Origin: Selaginella moellendorffii
Lineage: Eukaryota > Plantae > Lycopodiophyta
Direction of reading: 5' to 3'
Assembly (NCBI RefSeq): GCF_000143415.4
Contig: NW_003314372.1
Location: 74,609-121,952 of the forward strand
DNA: 47,344 nt
Numbering within the stretch: the first letter of the stretch is position 1; each line of letters begins with the position of its first letter. Positions 34,621 to 47,344 of the stretch are shown in pieces. Made by a program: the position numbers and the translations under genes. The notes beneath the pieces were generated by a model that did no database searches, was not told the origin of the DNA, and saw only the letters and a list, made by a program, of their open reading frames with translations.

Positions 34621-35334
34621 CGAGGTAAGAAACACTTCTTAGTTTTCTCCTCTTGAGAAATGGATTTCCCTTGTTGTCACAGATCTACAGAGATTGTGAT
34701 ACTAGGTTTCTCAAGGCGGCTTCTCACGGAGGAGGCAACCACTGTCGCTTCACTTTTAGATATTCTATGTTTAAAGTTCCGATTGCAATCTACTTGCCAA
34801 CATTTATGAGGGGCTCAGAGGAATTTCGGGAGGTAGAACTCAAGCAAAGACACAAGGATCTGAGAGGAATTTCGGCAAGTGAAGACTGAGCGGTTAGGAG
34901 AGTATGTGTGGCGAATTTGCCAAAAAGACTAAACTACTCTTTTTTCAAGATCATCACGACCTTTAGTGCTCTTTGTAATGTTGTTTTGGTAACAAAAGGG
35001 AAGATTGGTGCAATGGTATTGCCAGTATCCGGGTCTCTTGTGGGTGCAAGAAAAACATGGAAACTTGACAACAAAGCTAGTCACTAAAATGCTAGTTATG
35101 CTATTACAATTGTTTCTACTTGTCACTAATACATGTTTTTGGAGGGTCTTGCTGGAGGCATGAGACCACTGGGACAACTGAAGAAGAGAATGAGAGAACA
35201 AGGAGCAAGAATATTAAAAATAAACTCATCACCCTAGAATGTAATTAACGGCATCCAGACTTGGAATGTGTGACTTCCACCAGTACTACAATATACTTTT
35301 GCCCTGTCCCATGATAAACAGCTGTGAAACACTT

Positions 35335-35656
35335 TTATGTAAGCAAACTTATGATGGTAGTGGATATATTTAAAATATATTTGGATATTTTAGGATATTC
35401 TACCATCCAATGGTTGTTATTCATTTAGATTAATTTTATATTTATAATTTATAAAATTTCTTAACCCTTTTTAGTATATTCTTTTTTATTCTATCATCTA
35501 ATGGTTGATATAAAATAAGATTAATCTTGTGTTTATAAATTACAAACATGCTTATAATTATAAACTTTATTTGAGCAATTAGATTAATAAATAAGAATAA
35601 CACTACTATTAAGCAAATCATGCATTGTTACATGTAATCTGTAGCAATTTTTTTTA
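35335..35656 (+). mobile_element. Diverged HINE-like element (partial copy also ~36160-36340)
   Basis: Same AT-rich core; ends ttaagcaaatca...ttgttacatgtaatctgtagcaa followed by a T-run. Confidence 0.55.
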
Positions 35657-37364
35657 GGTCATTGATTGAGATTCTAGAATATGGATCTAGAGAGCATATA
35701 TTTAGAATATATCCACCTCTAGTAAATAAGCAAATTAAGCAATATTTTGGTTTGTGGTTTGAGTATATTCTAACATAACATAATCAACTGTGTTTATAAT
35801 CCTTATTTTACTTTTGGATAAAGTTCAACACCCCCTCAATCGGAGAACTAAAATGGTGGCCAAGGACTGACTAGAACACCCTTGTCGTCAGGCATTTCTG
35901 CCGCCTATCCTCAAGCACCACCATGCTAGATGGATTGCTGGAGCACACTGCCAACATTTGCCAGGCACATCAAATCTATGAGGCAAGGACTGGAGCTACT
36001 CTACTTCCTTCTAACTGTAAGAAATCTTTGGTGATATGTACAAACCAGTCATGGAGAATCCTGGGGTGAGAAATTTGGTCTTCCCTTGCATTAGATGCCC
36101 ATATTCAGCAAAAGCTCCTAATTTGTAAATATACTTGAAAATATTATATATATTTTTAAATGTGTGTTGTATGCAGCAATATTTAGTTTGCTTAATAATA
36201 GTATTATTTCTATTTGCTTCATGGTAGTGGATATACTTAAAATATGCTTGAATACTCTGGGATATTCTAGTTTATTCTAATAGTTGATATTTAATATTTT
36301 TATAAATTATAAACATTTTAATTTTAAATAAAATTAAATATCTAACTTTAAATTTGATGATAAATGCTTGGAAAGTTGAAGTTGTTTCTTATTTTTTTAT
36401 TTATTTATGTGAAAATTGTATTTATATACTTGTTGCCAACTTGCAAACTAGTCTAAAATAGTATAGACAATAATAAATAATATAATATATCTACAATGGT
36501 GGGGGGCATGTTCGGTTGCCATGTTTCTGGGAAATTTTTATTGATGTTTGCATGGGCAATGAGAGTTGGGCACAACAGCAAGGCTGGAAGAAGCACATTG
36601 CATATATATATATAAATCAGTCTGTATGCACGCATGCAAAGTTTGCATCCGTATTTTTACTTGGTAAGCTAAACCCGAATCATCAACACCAGACAACGGT
36701 GCGAGTAAGATTGAGATGGAGGCCATATTGCATCTGTCACTAGTTTATAGTGTTGCAAATGACTTTGCCCAAGTAAACGAGAGCCCCTTTTTTTTTTCAC
36801 TCTGGAGCAATCTTTACACTTGAAACCATGGTCACATGTAAACTACCTATATATTGGCGATTAGGAGATCGAGCTCCAAAGAAAGAAGCATAGAGGGTTT
36901 CAATCTCTTTGCCTTGCCAACGAGGTAATGACGCGTTATCACGAGTTGAGGTTCTTACTGCCACAACACACGAAAACTCGAAATGTCTCGTGAGCTCTAA
37001 ACGTAAAGATTGGATTAATTACTAAGAAATTATTTGAACTTATATTCTCCTCATATGTTCTACGTCTGTAAATTCCTAGACTTGTCACGGGGTTCGTCTG
37101 AGGAGAAGCGGTGCTCTCGGGAAAGAAAACAGTGAAGCTGGCGGCGAGACGCGACACGGGGGACAAGAGTCACTGTGAAAATCTGTGAACAAAAGATTAA
37201 AAATCCCCTGCCGCTTCAATAAGGTTGAAAAAGGGACAATTTACCCCTTGATCTCGAGTTTTGAGGTGCGTACTGCGAAGAGATCTCGCTGCTTTCTCGA
37301 CGATTGTTAGTAGATTCTGTCAATGCGTGTTGCTTTTTGTCCAGACGCTTTGTCCGGAATGATC

Positions 37365-37464
37365 NNNNNNNNNNNNNNNNNNNNNNNNNNNNNNNNNNNN
37401 NNNNNNNNNNNNNNNNNNNNNNNNNNNNNNNNNNNNNNNNNNNNNNNNNNNNNNNNNNNNNNNN
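37365..37464. other. Assembly gap (100 N)
   Basis: Run of N. Confidence 1.
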
Positions 37465-37523
37465 AAAAAAATAAAAAAAGGGCCCAGACGGCAGTGCAGC
37501 GTGAGCATAACCCATAGTGGTGG

Positions 37524-40419
37524 GTGTTGCGACCTTCTTCAAGGGCGGATCTTCACGACCCACGACGAGCGCTGGCCTCCTGGAGCGAGGATTCGGCGAG
37601 CCCGTGCAACTGGACCGGGATCCAGTGTAGCCCACAATCCGGGAGAGTCACCCAAGTCACGCTCGATGGCCTCGAGCTCTCGGGACCGCTGGGACGGGGC
37701 CTCCTCAAGCTCGACCACCTCCAGGTCCTCTCGCTCGCCAGGAACAATCTCTCGGGATCCATCTCTCCACAGATTCGCGTGCTAAAATCCTTGCGAAACC
37801 TGAGCTTAAGCCACAACGCTCTCTCGGGTCCCCTCCCTGGAGCCAGCCTCGCCAGTTTGGAGCTCCTCTCCCTCCTCGACGTCTCCCACAACTCTTTCTC
37901 CGGGAGTGTGCCACCCGAGCTCTTCGCCAATTGTTCCAAGTCCCTGAGGTACGTGTTTCTCTCCGGGAACCAGCTCGAGGGCGATCTCCCGGACTCCATC
38001 GCCAGCTGCGAGAGCTTGGAAGCTCTGGGAGCGTCCGAGAACCGGCTCTCGGGCTCCATCCCAGCCGGAGTTGGATCGCTGTCCCGGCTGGGCTCCCTCG
38101 ACCTCTCGCACAACTCGTTGAGCGGGGAGATCCCTCCGGAGCTTGGCCAGTGTCAAATGCTGGTGAGCTTGGATCTGAGCTACAACCTCCTGTCCGGAGA
38201 AATCCCGTCCTTCCTCGAGAGCTTGTCTCGGCTGGAAGTTCTTCGCTTGCCTGGGAACTCTTTCTCTGGTGGCGTGCCCGAGTGGATCGTCACTGGCTTT
38301 CCGGAGCTCCAGGAGCTCAACCTCGCGGAGAACGATCTGGGAGGGACGCTGCCATCTTCCATCGGCTCCATGAAGGCGCTGCGGAGGCTCTACCTCCACA
38401 ACAACAATCTCCAGGGAGCTCTTCCGCCAGCCTTGGCCGGATGCTTCAACCTCTCCACCATCGACTTGAGCAGCAACAACTTCTCCGGCGCCATCCCTGA
38501 CGAGATCTTCGAGCTGGAGCTGGAAAGGTTGGCTCTCGCCATGAACAGCTTCTCTGGAGGCCTCCCCGTGGCTCTCTCGTCGTCAAACTCGTCCAGCGCT
38601 TGCAAAGTCATCCAGAGCTTGGATTTGTCGAGAAACTCTCTCGAGGGCGAGATCCCACCGCAGGTTTCCGGCTGCCAGCACTTGAGAAGCTTGAATCTGG
38701 GACAAAACGGGCTGTCGGGCAGCATTCCGGAAGAACTCGTCGCTGGACTGTCCGAGCTAAGCAGCCTCGACCTCAGCAGTAACTTCCTCACAGGATACAT
38801 CCCCAGAAGCTTTGGCGGCTCTCCATCGCTGGAAACTCTCAAACTGGATGACAACGCTCTAGTTGGAATCATTCCTGAGGGGCTTGGAAACTGCTCCTCT
38901 CTGCGATACCTGTAAGTGTTCTTCGCGTTTGCCACCTAGACAGACTTTCACGTAAGTTTCTTGTCCATGCAGGGATCTCTCGCAAAACAACTTAACTGGA
39001 GGAATACCCGTCGAGCTCGCCGATCTGAGCAGCCTCCAGAGCTTGGATCTATCATCAAACCATCTCACCGGACAGATCCCAACAAGCTTCGCCCAGCTCC
39101 AAAACCTCTCGCTCTTCAACGTCTCGCACAACTCTCTCGCCGGCCCCATTCCAAGCGATGGAGCTTTTCCATTGCTAGATCCGAGCTCCTTCGCTGGAAA
39201 CGCTCATCTTTGCGGTGCCTCGCTCAGCATCGACTGCCCCGCAATCCCAAAACCGATCGTCCTCAACCCAAACGCCACCACCACCCCAGACCCGATCATC
39301 TCATCTTCAGACCATCGTTCACCACCCTCGAGCAAGATCGTTCTCAGCGTCTCGGCCATCATCGCCATCTCGGCCGCCGCGGTGATAGCTCTCGGCATCG
39401 TCGTCGTCAGCCTCCTCAATCTTCGGAGCCATCCCAGGCCGCGAGCCAGCTTCTACGTCGTGGACAGCCTCCCTGGATCATCTCCCAGCGAAGATCTCGC
39501 CATTGGAAAGCTCGTCATGTTCACGGACGACTCGGACAGCCGCGACGAGGATCTCCTCCCGACCGCCCAGGCGCTGCTCAACAAGAACTCGGAGATCGGC
39601 CGAGGAGGCTTTGGAACCGTGTACAAGGCGACGCTGGCCGCGGGAAGAACAGTGGCGGTGAAGAAGCTGAGCGTTCCAGGAATGGTAGAAACGCAGGACG
39701 AGTTTGAGAAGCGCGTCCAGTTCCTCGGGAAGATCCAGCACGAGAACCTCGTCAACTTCCAGGGGTACTACTTCACTCCAAAGCTGCAGCTGCTCATCTA
39801 CGACTTCGTCCCGAACGGAAACCTCCACTCCAAACTCCACGAGCAATCTGTTCTTCCGTGGGAGCTCCGCTTCAAGGTGGCGCTGGGAGCCGCGCAGGGC
39901 CTCTGCTACCTCCACCACAAGTGTCGGCCGCGGGTGATCCACTACAACTTCAAGTCGAGCAACGTTCTCCTGGACGATGGCTTCAACGCGCGGGTGTCCG
40001 ACTATGGCCTGGCCAAGCTGCTTCACTCGAGGGACCGCTTCGTTGTCATGAACAAGCTCCAGAGCTCGCTGGGATACCTGGCTCCGGAGTGTGGCTGCGA
40101 GAGCTTCAAGGTGACGGAGAAGTGCGATGTCTATGGCTTCGGGGTCGTGCTGCTGGAGCTCATCACTGGGAAGCCGCCGGTGGAGTATCTCGAGAACGAT
40201 GTAGTGATCCTGTGTGACTTTGTGAGATCGCTGGCGGACGATGGCAAGCCGCTGCTGTGTGTGGACCCGAAAATGGTGGTGTATCCCGAGGAGGAGGTGA
40301 TGACGCTGATCAAGCTGGGGCTGGTTTGCACGTCGCCGGTGCCTGCTAACAGGCCGTCAATGACTGAGGTCGTCCAGATCTTGGAGCTCATCAAGCCGCT
40401 TGCTGATAACAGGAGCTAG
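37524..40419 (+). CDS. LRR receptor-like kinase, LRR-VII (IRK/PXC2-like); true start lost in or near the gap
   Basis: LRRNT cap (ASWSEDSASPCNWTGIQC), many plant LRRs (LxLSxNxLSGxIP), intron 38912-38972, TM segment SVSAIIAISAAAVIALGIVVVSLLN. Kinase has GRGGFG, VAVKKL, HYNFKSSN and DYG. Confidence 0.9.
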
Positions 40420-40611
40420 TTCTTCACTACGATCGCAAAGAGCGGAGTCTAAACTTTCCTGCATGGCTGAGCTTCCGACGAGAGAAAAAAGAAGAAGTTT
40501 CACCGTTTTCCTTCGACGAGGTTACAAAGAACCGAGGTTTTTTCCACCCTTCTAGAAAGCACTCCAAAATTCTCCAGCAAAATAAGAAGCAGAAGCCGCG
40601 ACTGATGGTGG

Positions 40612-42462
<1,851 letters not shown>

Positions 42463-42464
42463 CT

Positions 42465-42486
42465 AAACCCTAGAATAAACCCTAAT
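42465..42486. promoter_or_regulatory. Two telo-boxes (AAACCCTA) immediately upstream of the lysA ATG
   Basis: aaaccctagaataaaccctaa; also ttagggttaggg near 42580. Confidence 0.55.
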
Positions 42487-42591
42487 CAAAGGTATCTCCG
42501 ACCTTTTAAAGGTCTAGAATAGAAAAAGTTTCTCGCCAAACTAGGGCAATTAAAAAATTGGCGCCAAGAATTGGGAGGATTAGGGTTAGGG

Positions 42592-45235
42592 CTAGCGGGC
42601 TCCAGCGTAGATGTTAGAGAGCAATGCGTAGGCGCCCGTGCGGCCGGGCGCGATCTTCATCAGCATTTGCGCGACGCGCCTCCCTCTCTCGAAATCGCCG
42701 TGAGTTCTACACGAGCTGAGCAGCGCCATTCCATTGAAAGCCCTCTCCTCTTGGGGCGTTCGCAGCACCAGATCCTCGGCCTCGCCCAGCCATCCCGCGC
42801 GGCCCAGCAGATCGATCATACACCCGTAGTGCTCCGGCAGCGGCACAATCCCGTGGTCCTCGATCATGAGCACCATGTAATCGCAGCCTCGATCGGCGAG
42901 CCCGGCGTGGCCGCACGCCGCGATCACGCTCTGGAACGTGATCGTGTTGGCCAGGAATCCTTCGTTCTGGAGCTCCTGGAAGAGATCCAGGCTCTCGAGG
43001 AATCGGCCATTGCTCGCGTGCGCGGCGATGAGCGCGTTCCAAGAGATCGTATTGCGATGGGAGAGATTGGCGAAGATGGCGATGGAATCGGCGAGGCTGC
43101 CGCATTTCCCATACATGTTGAGGAGCGCGGTGCCCAAGAACACACCGCGATCTCTCCCACTCTCGTTGATCAGGCCGTGCACGAATCGCCCCTCGCCCAG
43201 CGAGCTCTGCCCCACAAAGCAATCCAGCATCGCCGCGAATGTGATCTCGTCTGGCCGCGATCCCTCGCCCAGCATCCGCCGGAAGAGCTCCATCGCCTCG
43301 ATAGCCAGCCCCTGCGCCGCCATCGCGCCCAGCATCGCGTTCCAGGAGATCGCGCTCTTGCTCTCCAATCGATCGAAGATCTGTGATGCGCGATCCAAGA
43401 GGCCAAACTGGGCGAACATGTAGCACAGCGCGGTGCCCACGCGATCGTCGCTCTCGCAGCCACAGCCGCGGATTCGAGCCAAGATCTCCTCGCCATCACG
43501 AATGCTTCCGGCATTCGCGCAAGCGTCAACCGCCGCGACAAACGCGATGGCGTCGGGCTTGATCCTCATCTCCCGGAAGAGCTCCAGCGCCGCGGCGTGA
43601 TCGCCACGATCGGAGTAGCCCCCCAGCATCGTCGTCCACAGCACCACATCCTCCTCCTTGCCTCGATCATCGCGGATCCGATCGAAGAGCTCGCGCGCTC
43701 GATCGATCCGGCCACACTTGCTATACATCCTCACGATCGCAGTGCCCAGCACGAGGTTGATCGAGAGCCCAGTCGCGATGATTCGATCGTGCGCTGCCTC
43801 TCCCTCTCGCAGCGCCGCGATCTCCCCGCAAGCATCCAGCAGCGTCGCGAAGGTGGTGGAATTTGGATCACACTGCGCCTCCAGGTCCATGGATCGGAAG
43901 AGCTGGATCGCGTCGCTGGATCGGGAATTCTGGGCGTAGCCCGCCAGCATCGCGTTCCAGGAGATTGTGTTCTTAACGTCCCCAGCCATGGAATCGAAGA
44001 TCTTTCTCGCCTCGTCGACGCTGCCACACTTGCTGTACATGGTGATAAGCGCGGTGGAGAGAACTACGTCTCGATCGATCAATCGTTGCTCGGCAGCGCA
44101 GGAATGGATGGTTTTGCCTGGTCGCAGCTTGCCCAAGATCGAGCAGCCATTGAGGCTGTTGATGAAAGTCACCTGGAATTGGGTCAAACGAGAAAGTCAT
44201 CACGGAAGATCAGGAAGAACACAAGCGCACCTTTTGTGGGCGAATGCCTTCCAGCTGCATTTGATCGAGGAGCTGGAGTGATTTGGTTGGGAATCCATGG
44301 TGGATGTAGGCCGCGATCATGATGTTCCAGGTGACCAAGCTCTTCTCGGGTATTCTCGCGAAAATCCGGCAGGCCTGGGCGAGATCTCCACACTTGTTAT
44401 ACATGTTGACGAGCGTTGACGCCACGGCCACATCGGTCTCGATCTCGTTGACCCCCGCGAAGCTCGCGTGGATGGATTTTCCCCGCTCTAGATCCAGCGT
44501 TTCGCTACACGCCGAGATCGCAACCACGAAGCTCGTCTTGTCCGGCCGCGATGATCCATCCTGTTGCATCTGCCAGAAGAGCCTCAGCGAGATCTTCCAC
44601 TGCCGCTCACGATTGCAAGCCTTCATCAGCGTCGTCCAGGAAATTCCATCCTGGGACTCCATCACCGCAAAGAAATCCATGGCCTCGCGCAAGAATCCCC
44701 CGGCCGTGGCGTAGAGATTGAGGAGGGAATTGGCGAGCACGAGGTCGCCTCCAAACCCTCGCTCTGTGGCTCGGTCGAAGATCCTCCGGCCCTGGATCGC
44801 GTCTCCGAGCGCGACGCAGAGATTTACGGCCGCCGCGAAGGTGATCCTGGTGGGAAGAACCCCGCACTGCTGCATCGCATGGAAGAGATCGAGCGCCTCG
44901 CGGTGTTGCCCGCGCTGGGCAAATGCCGAGATCATCGTTGTCCATAGCCCGGCGTCGTCGAGATCGAACTGGCAGAGGAGCTGCCGCGCGTCGTAGAGAC
45001 TGCCAAGCCGGAGATACATGTGAATCACATAGCTCGCCAAGAACTCGTCTCTGTCTAGCCCGTCCCTCACAAGATCGGCGTGGATCGATCGCCCTTCCAC
45101 CAATCTGCGGCAATTCACGAGCTGGTGGCGGTAGAGCGTGATCGCATTCACCGATGACGCTGCTGCTGGCGCTGCGATCAAGATCCTCCCCAGGAAATAC
45201 TGGCCTCCGTGAGAGAGCGACGACGCTACCGCCAT
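42592..45235 (-). CDS. PLS-class pentatricopeptide repeat protein, E-type C-terminus, no DYW
   Basis: Repeats such as TALITMYSKCGSVDEARKIFD and ISWNAMLAGYAQ; PEHYGCMIDLLGRAG; ends AYALLSNIYAGAR*. One 58-nt GT-AG intron (44173-44230) joins the two ORFs as GIRPQK|VTFI. ATG at 45235. Confidence 0.9.
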
Positions 45236-45639
45236 AATCCCGGGCCGATCGAACGATCCGCGAGTGCGAATCACTCAGATCCTCGCCCGCGCCATCGCGA
45301 TCGATCGATCGGTAGAACATTACCGCGTAGAAGGCCGCGCTCCCATTCTTCCCTGGATTTCAAAAAGATGCCCAGGCACATACCGTCATAGAGCGTAGCA
45401 GAATATCTTCAGAGCAAGCAGAATATGCCTTTTCGGCGGGATATTCTGCTAGATCTGGCCCAAAAAGGGCTCACCCAAGGCGATGGCGATGGCGCTGGAG
45501 GAGGATTGCGACAGTGGAGAGGAGGCAAGGTAATGGTGTGACACGCTAGCTAGCGGGAGATCCCGGGGGACTCTTTGATCCAGGGCAGAAAATCCGAGGA
45601 GAGGAGCGAGGGATCAAGAGAAATTTGGAGGCCGCGGCC

Positions 45640-47344
45640 ATGGCCATGGAGGTCACCCAGGTCCTCCTCAACGCGCAATCCGCCGATGGCAGCGTCCGCA
45701 AGCTCGCCGAGGACAATCTCCGCCAGTTCCAGGACCAGAATCTCGCCGCCTTCCTCGTCTCGCTCAGCGGCGAGCTCGCCAGCGACGACAAGCCGCCCGA
45801 GAGCCGCAAGCTCGCGGGGTTGATCCTCAAGAACAGCCTCGACGCCAAGGACGCCGGGCGGCGCGCGGAGCTAGGGGACCGCTGGCTGCTGCTGGATTCC
45901 GCCGCCAGGGCACAGATCAAGGCCGCGCTGGTGGCGACGCTGGCGGCGCCAGTGGCGGAGGCGCGCCACACGGCGGCGCAAGTGATTGCAAAGGTGGCGG
46001 CGATAGAGCTCCCTCGCCAGGCGTGGCCAGAGCTCATCCCAGGCCTTCTCGCCAACGTCACGTCCTCCATGGGCGTCGCCAATGCCGCCCATCTCAAGGA
46101 GGCGACGCTGGAGACTCTGGGCTACGTGTGTGAGGCCATTTCTTCCGAGGTTCTCGCGCAGGATCAAGTAAACTCCGTGCTCACGGCGGTCGTGCAAGGT
46201 ATGAACTCCTCCGAGGCGAGCAGTGAGGTGAGGCTGGCCGCCACCAACGCGCTCTACAATGCGCTCGACTTCGCGCAGACCAACTTCGACAACACGGTGG
46301 AGCGAGACTATATCATGAGGGTGGTCTGCGAGGCAACTTTGTCACCGGATTCTCGAGTCCGCAAGGCCGCGTTTGAGTGCCTGGTTTCGATCGCGTCCAC
46401 GTACTACGAGAAGCTGGCGCCTTACATGAAGGATGTTTTCGCGATCACTTCCAAGGCTGTCAAGGAGGACGAGGAGTCCGTGGTGCTGCAGGCTCTCGAG
46501 TTTTGGAGCTCCATTTGCGACATAGAGATCGAGCTCTTGGACGAGTTCTCGACGACCGGGGATTCGGAGCTGTCCAACTTCCATTTCATCAGGCAGGCTC
46601 TGCCTTACCTCGTCCCGATGCTGCTGGAGACGCTGACAAAGCAGGAGGAGGGGCAGGATCAGGACGAGGACGTGTGGAACTTGGCTATGGCGGGAGGGAC
46701 TTGCTTGGGACTGGTGGCCAAAGCGGTCGGGGATGATATCGTTCCGCTCGTCATGCCTTACGTGCAAGAGAACATCTCGAAGCCCGACTGGCGGTGCCGA
46801 GAGGCGGCGACTTACGCGTTTGGATCCATTCTCGAGGGACCCGGACCGGACAAGCTCGCGCCGCTCGTCACCAGCGCTCTACCATTCATGCTCAACGCCA
46901 TGAAAGACGAGAACAGCCACGTCAAGGACACCACCGCGTGGACGCTGAGCCGGATCTTCGAGTTTCTTCACGGTCCCAGTGTGGATACGTCAGTGGTGAA
47001 CCAGGCCAACCTCCCGTTGATCCTGTCAGTGCTGCTCGAGAGCATCAAAGACGCACCGAATGTTGCCGAGAAAGTTTGCGGGGCGATCCATGCGGTGGCT
47101 GTCGGCTACGACGATTCCTTGACGAGCACCGGTGGCAGCAATCCTCTGTCACCTTTCTTCCAGAACATCGTTCAGGCGCTCCTGGCGGCTGCCGACCGAG
47201 AGGATGCGGCGGAGACGAGGCTGAGAATCGCGGCATACGAGACTCTCAACGACGTGGTGAAGTGCTCGTCCGATGACACTGTCGCGGTCGTGGGTCAGCT
47301 GGTTCCGGTGATCATGGAGAAGCTCGGGCAGACACTCCAAATGC
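45640..47344 (+). CDS. KPNB1: Importin subunit beta-1, runs off the window end
   Basis: MAMEVTQVLLNAQSADGSVRKLAEDNL...RKLAGLILKNSLDAKD (IBN_N domain), then HEAT repeats (QALEFWSSICDIE, WNLAMAGGTCL, DWRCREAATYAFGSILEGP). No stop seen, which is why it is absent from the ORF track. Confidence 0.95.
   Translation, partial: MAMEVTQVLLNAQSADGSVRKLAEDNLRQFQDQNLAAFLVSLSGELASDDKPPESRKLAGLILKNSLDAKDAGRRAELGDRWLLLDSAARAQIKAALVATLAAPVAEARHTAAQVIAKVAAIELPRQAWPELIPGLLANVTSSMGVANAAHLKEATLETLGYVCEAISSEVLAQDQVNSVLTAVVQGMNSSEASSEVRLAATNALYNALDFAQTNFDNTVERDYIMRVVCEATLSPDSRVRKAAFECLVSIASTYYEKLAPYMKDVFAITSKAVKEDEESVVLQALEFWSSICDIEIELLDEFSTTGDSELSNFHFIRQALPYLVPMLLETLTKQEEGQDQDEDVWNLAMAGGTCLGLVAKAVGDDIVPLVMPYVQENISKPDWRCREAATYAFGSILEGPGPDKLAPLVTSALPFMLNAMKDENSHVKDTTAWTLSRIFEFLHGPSVDTSVVNQANLPLILSVLLESIKDAPNVAEKVCGAIHAVAVGYDDSLTSTGGSNPLSPFFQNIVQALLAAADREDAAETRLRIAAYETLNDVVKCSSDDTVAVVGQLVPVIMEKLGQTLQM

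Larger units (their letters stand above)
15231..36400. repeat. Macrosatellite-like tandem array of ~3.3-3.9 kb Dof-gene units (six Dof copies)
   Basis: Dof stop codons at 15231, 18860, 22141, 25704, 29473, 33341 (spacings 3629, 3281, 3563, 3769, 3868), with homologous spacers. Confidence 0.95.

Noticed and set aside
15231-36400. CRISPR array or LTR-retrotransposon interpretation of the repeats
   Set aside because: Eukaryotic kb-scale units; no short repeat-spacer pattern and no gag/pol, PBS or TG...CA LTR pairs seen.
36490-36760. TATA-like (TA)n run and TGCA/CATG-rich segment as a possible miRNA or small gene
   Set aside because: No convincing long hairpin or recognisable ORF by eye.
37465-37545. 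Apparent stop or frameshift at the RLK 5' end
   Set aside because: Adjacent to the N gap and probably low-quality sequence; not evidence of pseudogenisation.
42571-47340. Numerous overlapping ORFs antisense or out of frame to the PPR and importin genes
   Set aside because: Expected shadows in GC-rich coding DNA; no recognisable domains.

Overview
Gene-dense land-plant DNA. Very short introns (about 48-80 nt), tiny intergenic gaps, a ciliary IFT70 gene and abundant PLS-PPR sequence suggest a lycophyte such as Selaginella (inference). 1-11 kb: a rearranged cluster of one intact and three broken CYP71-clan P450 copies, interleaved in both orientations with IFT70/TTC30 pseudogene fragments. 11.6-15.0 kb: a long tail-anchored coiled-coil gene (PICC/PICL-like). 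15.2-36.4 kb: a head-to-tail array of ~3.3-3.9 kb units carrying six intact, intronless copies of an atypical Dof zinc-finger gene (C-x2-C-x25-C-x2-C, acidic repeat tail). The spacers hold scrambled PPR fragments, a decayed copy of the coiled-coil gene's 3' end and nested Helentron/Helitron2-like (HINE-like) elements. A 5'-truncated duplicate of the coiled-coil gene interrupts the array. 37.5-47.3 kb: an LRR-VII-type receptor-like kinase, diaminopimelate decarboxylase, a PLS/E-class PPR gene and the 5' part of importin-beta1. The best candidate for an undescribed system is the Dof-encoding macrosatellite, architecturally reminiscent of D4Z4/DUX4, together with its rolling-circle-type elements.
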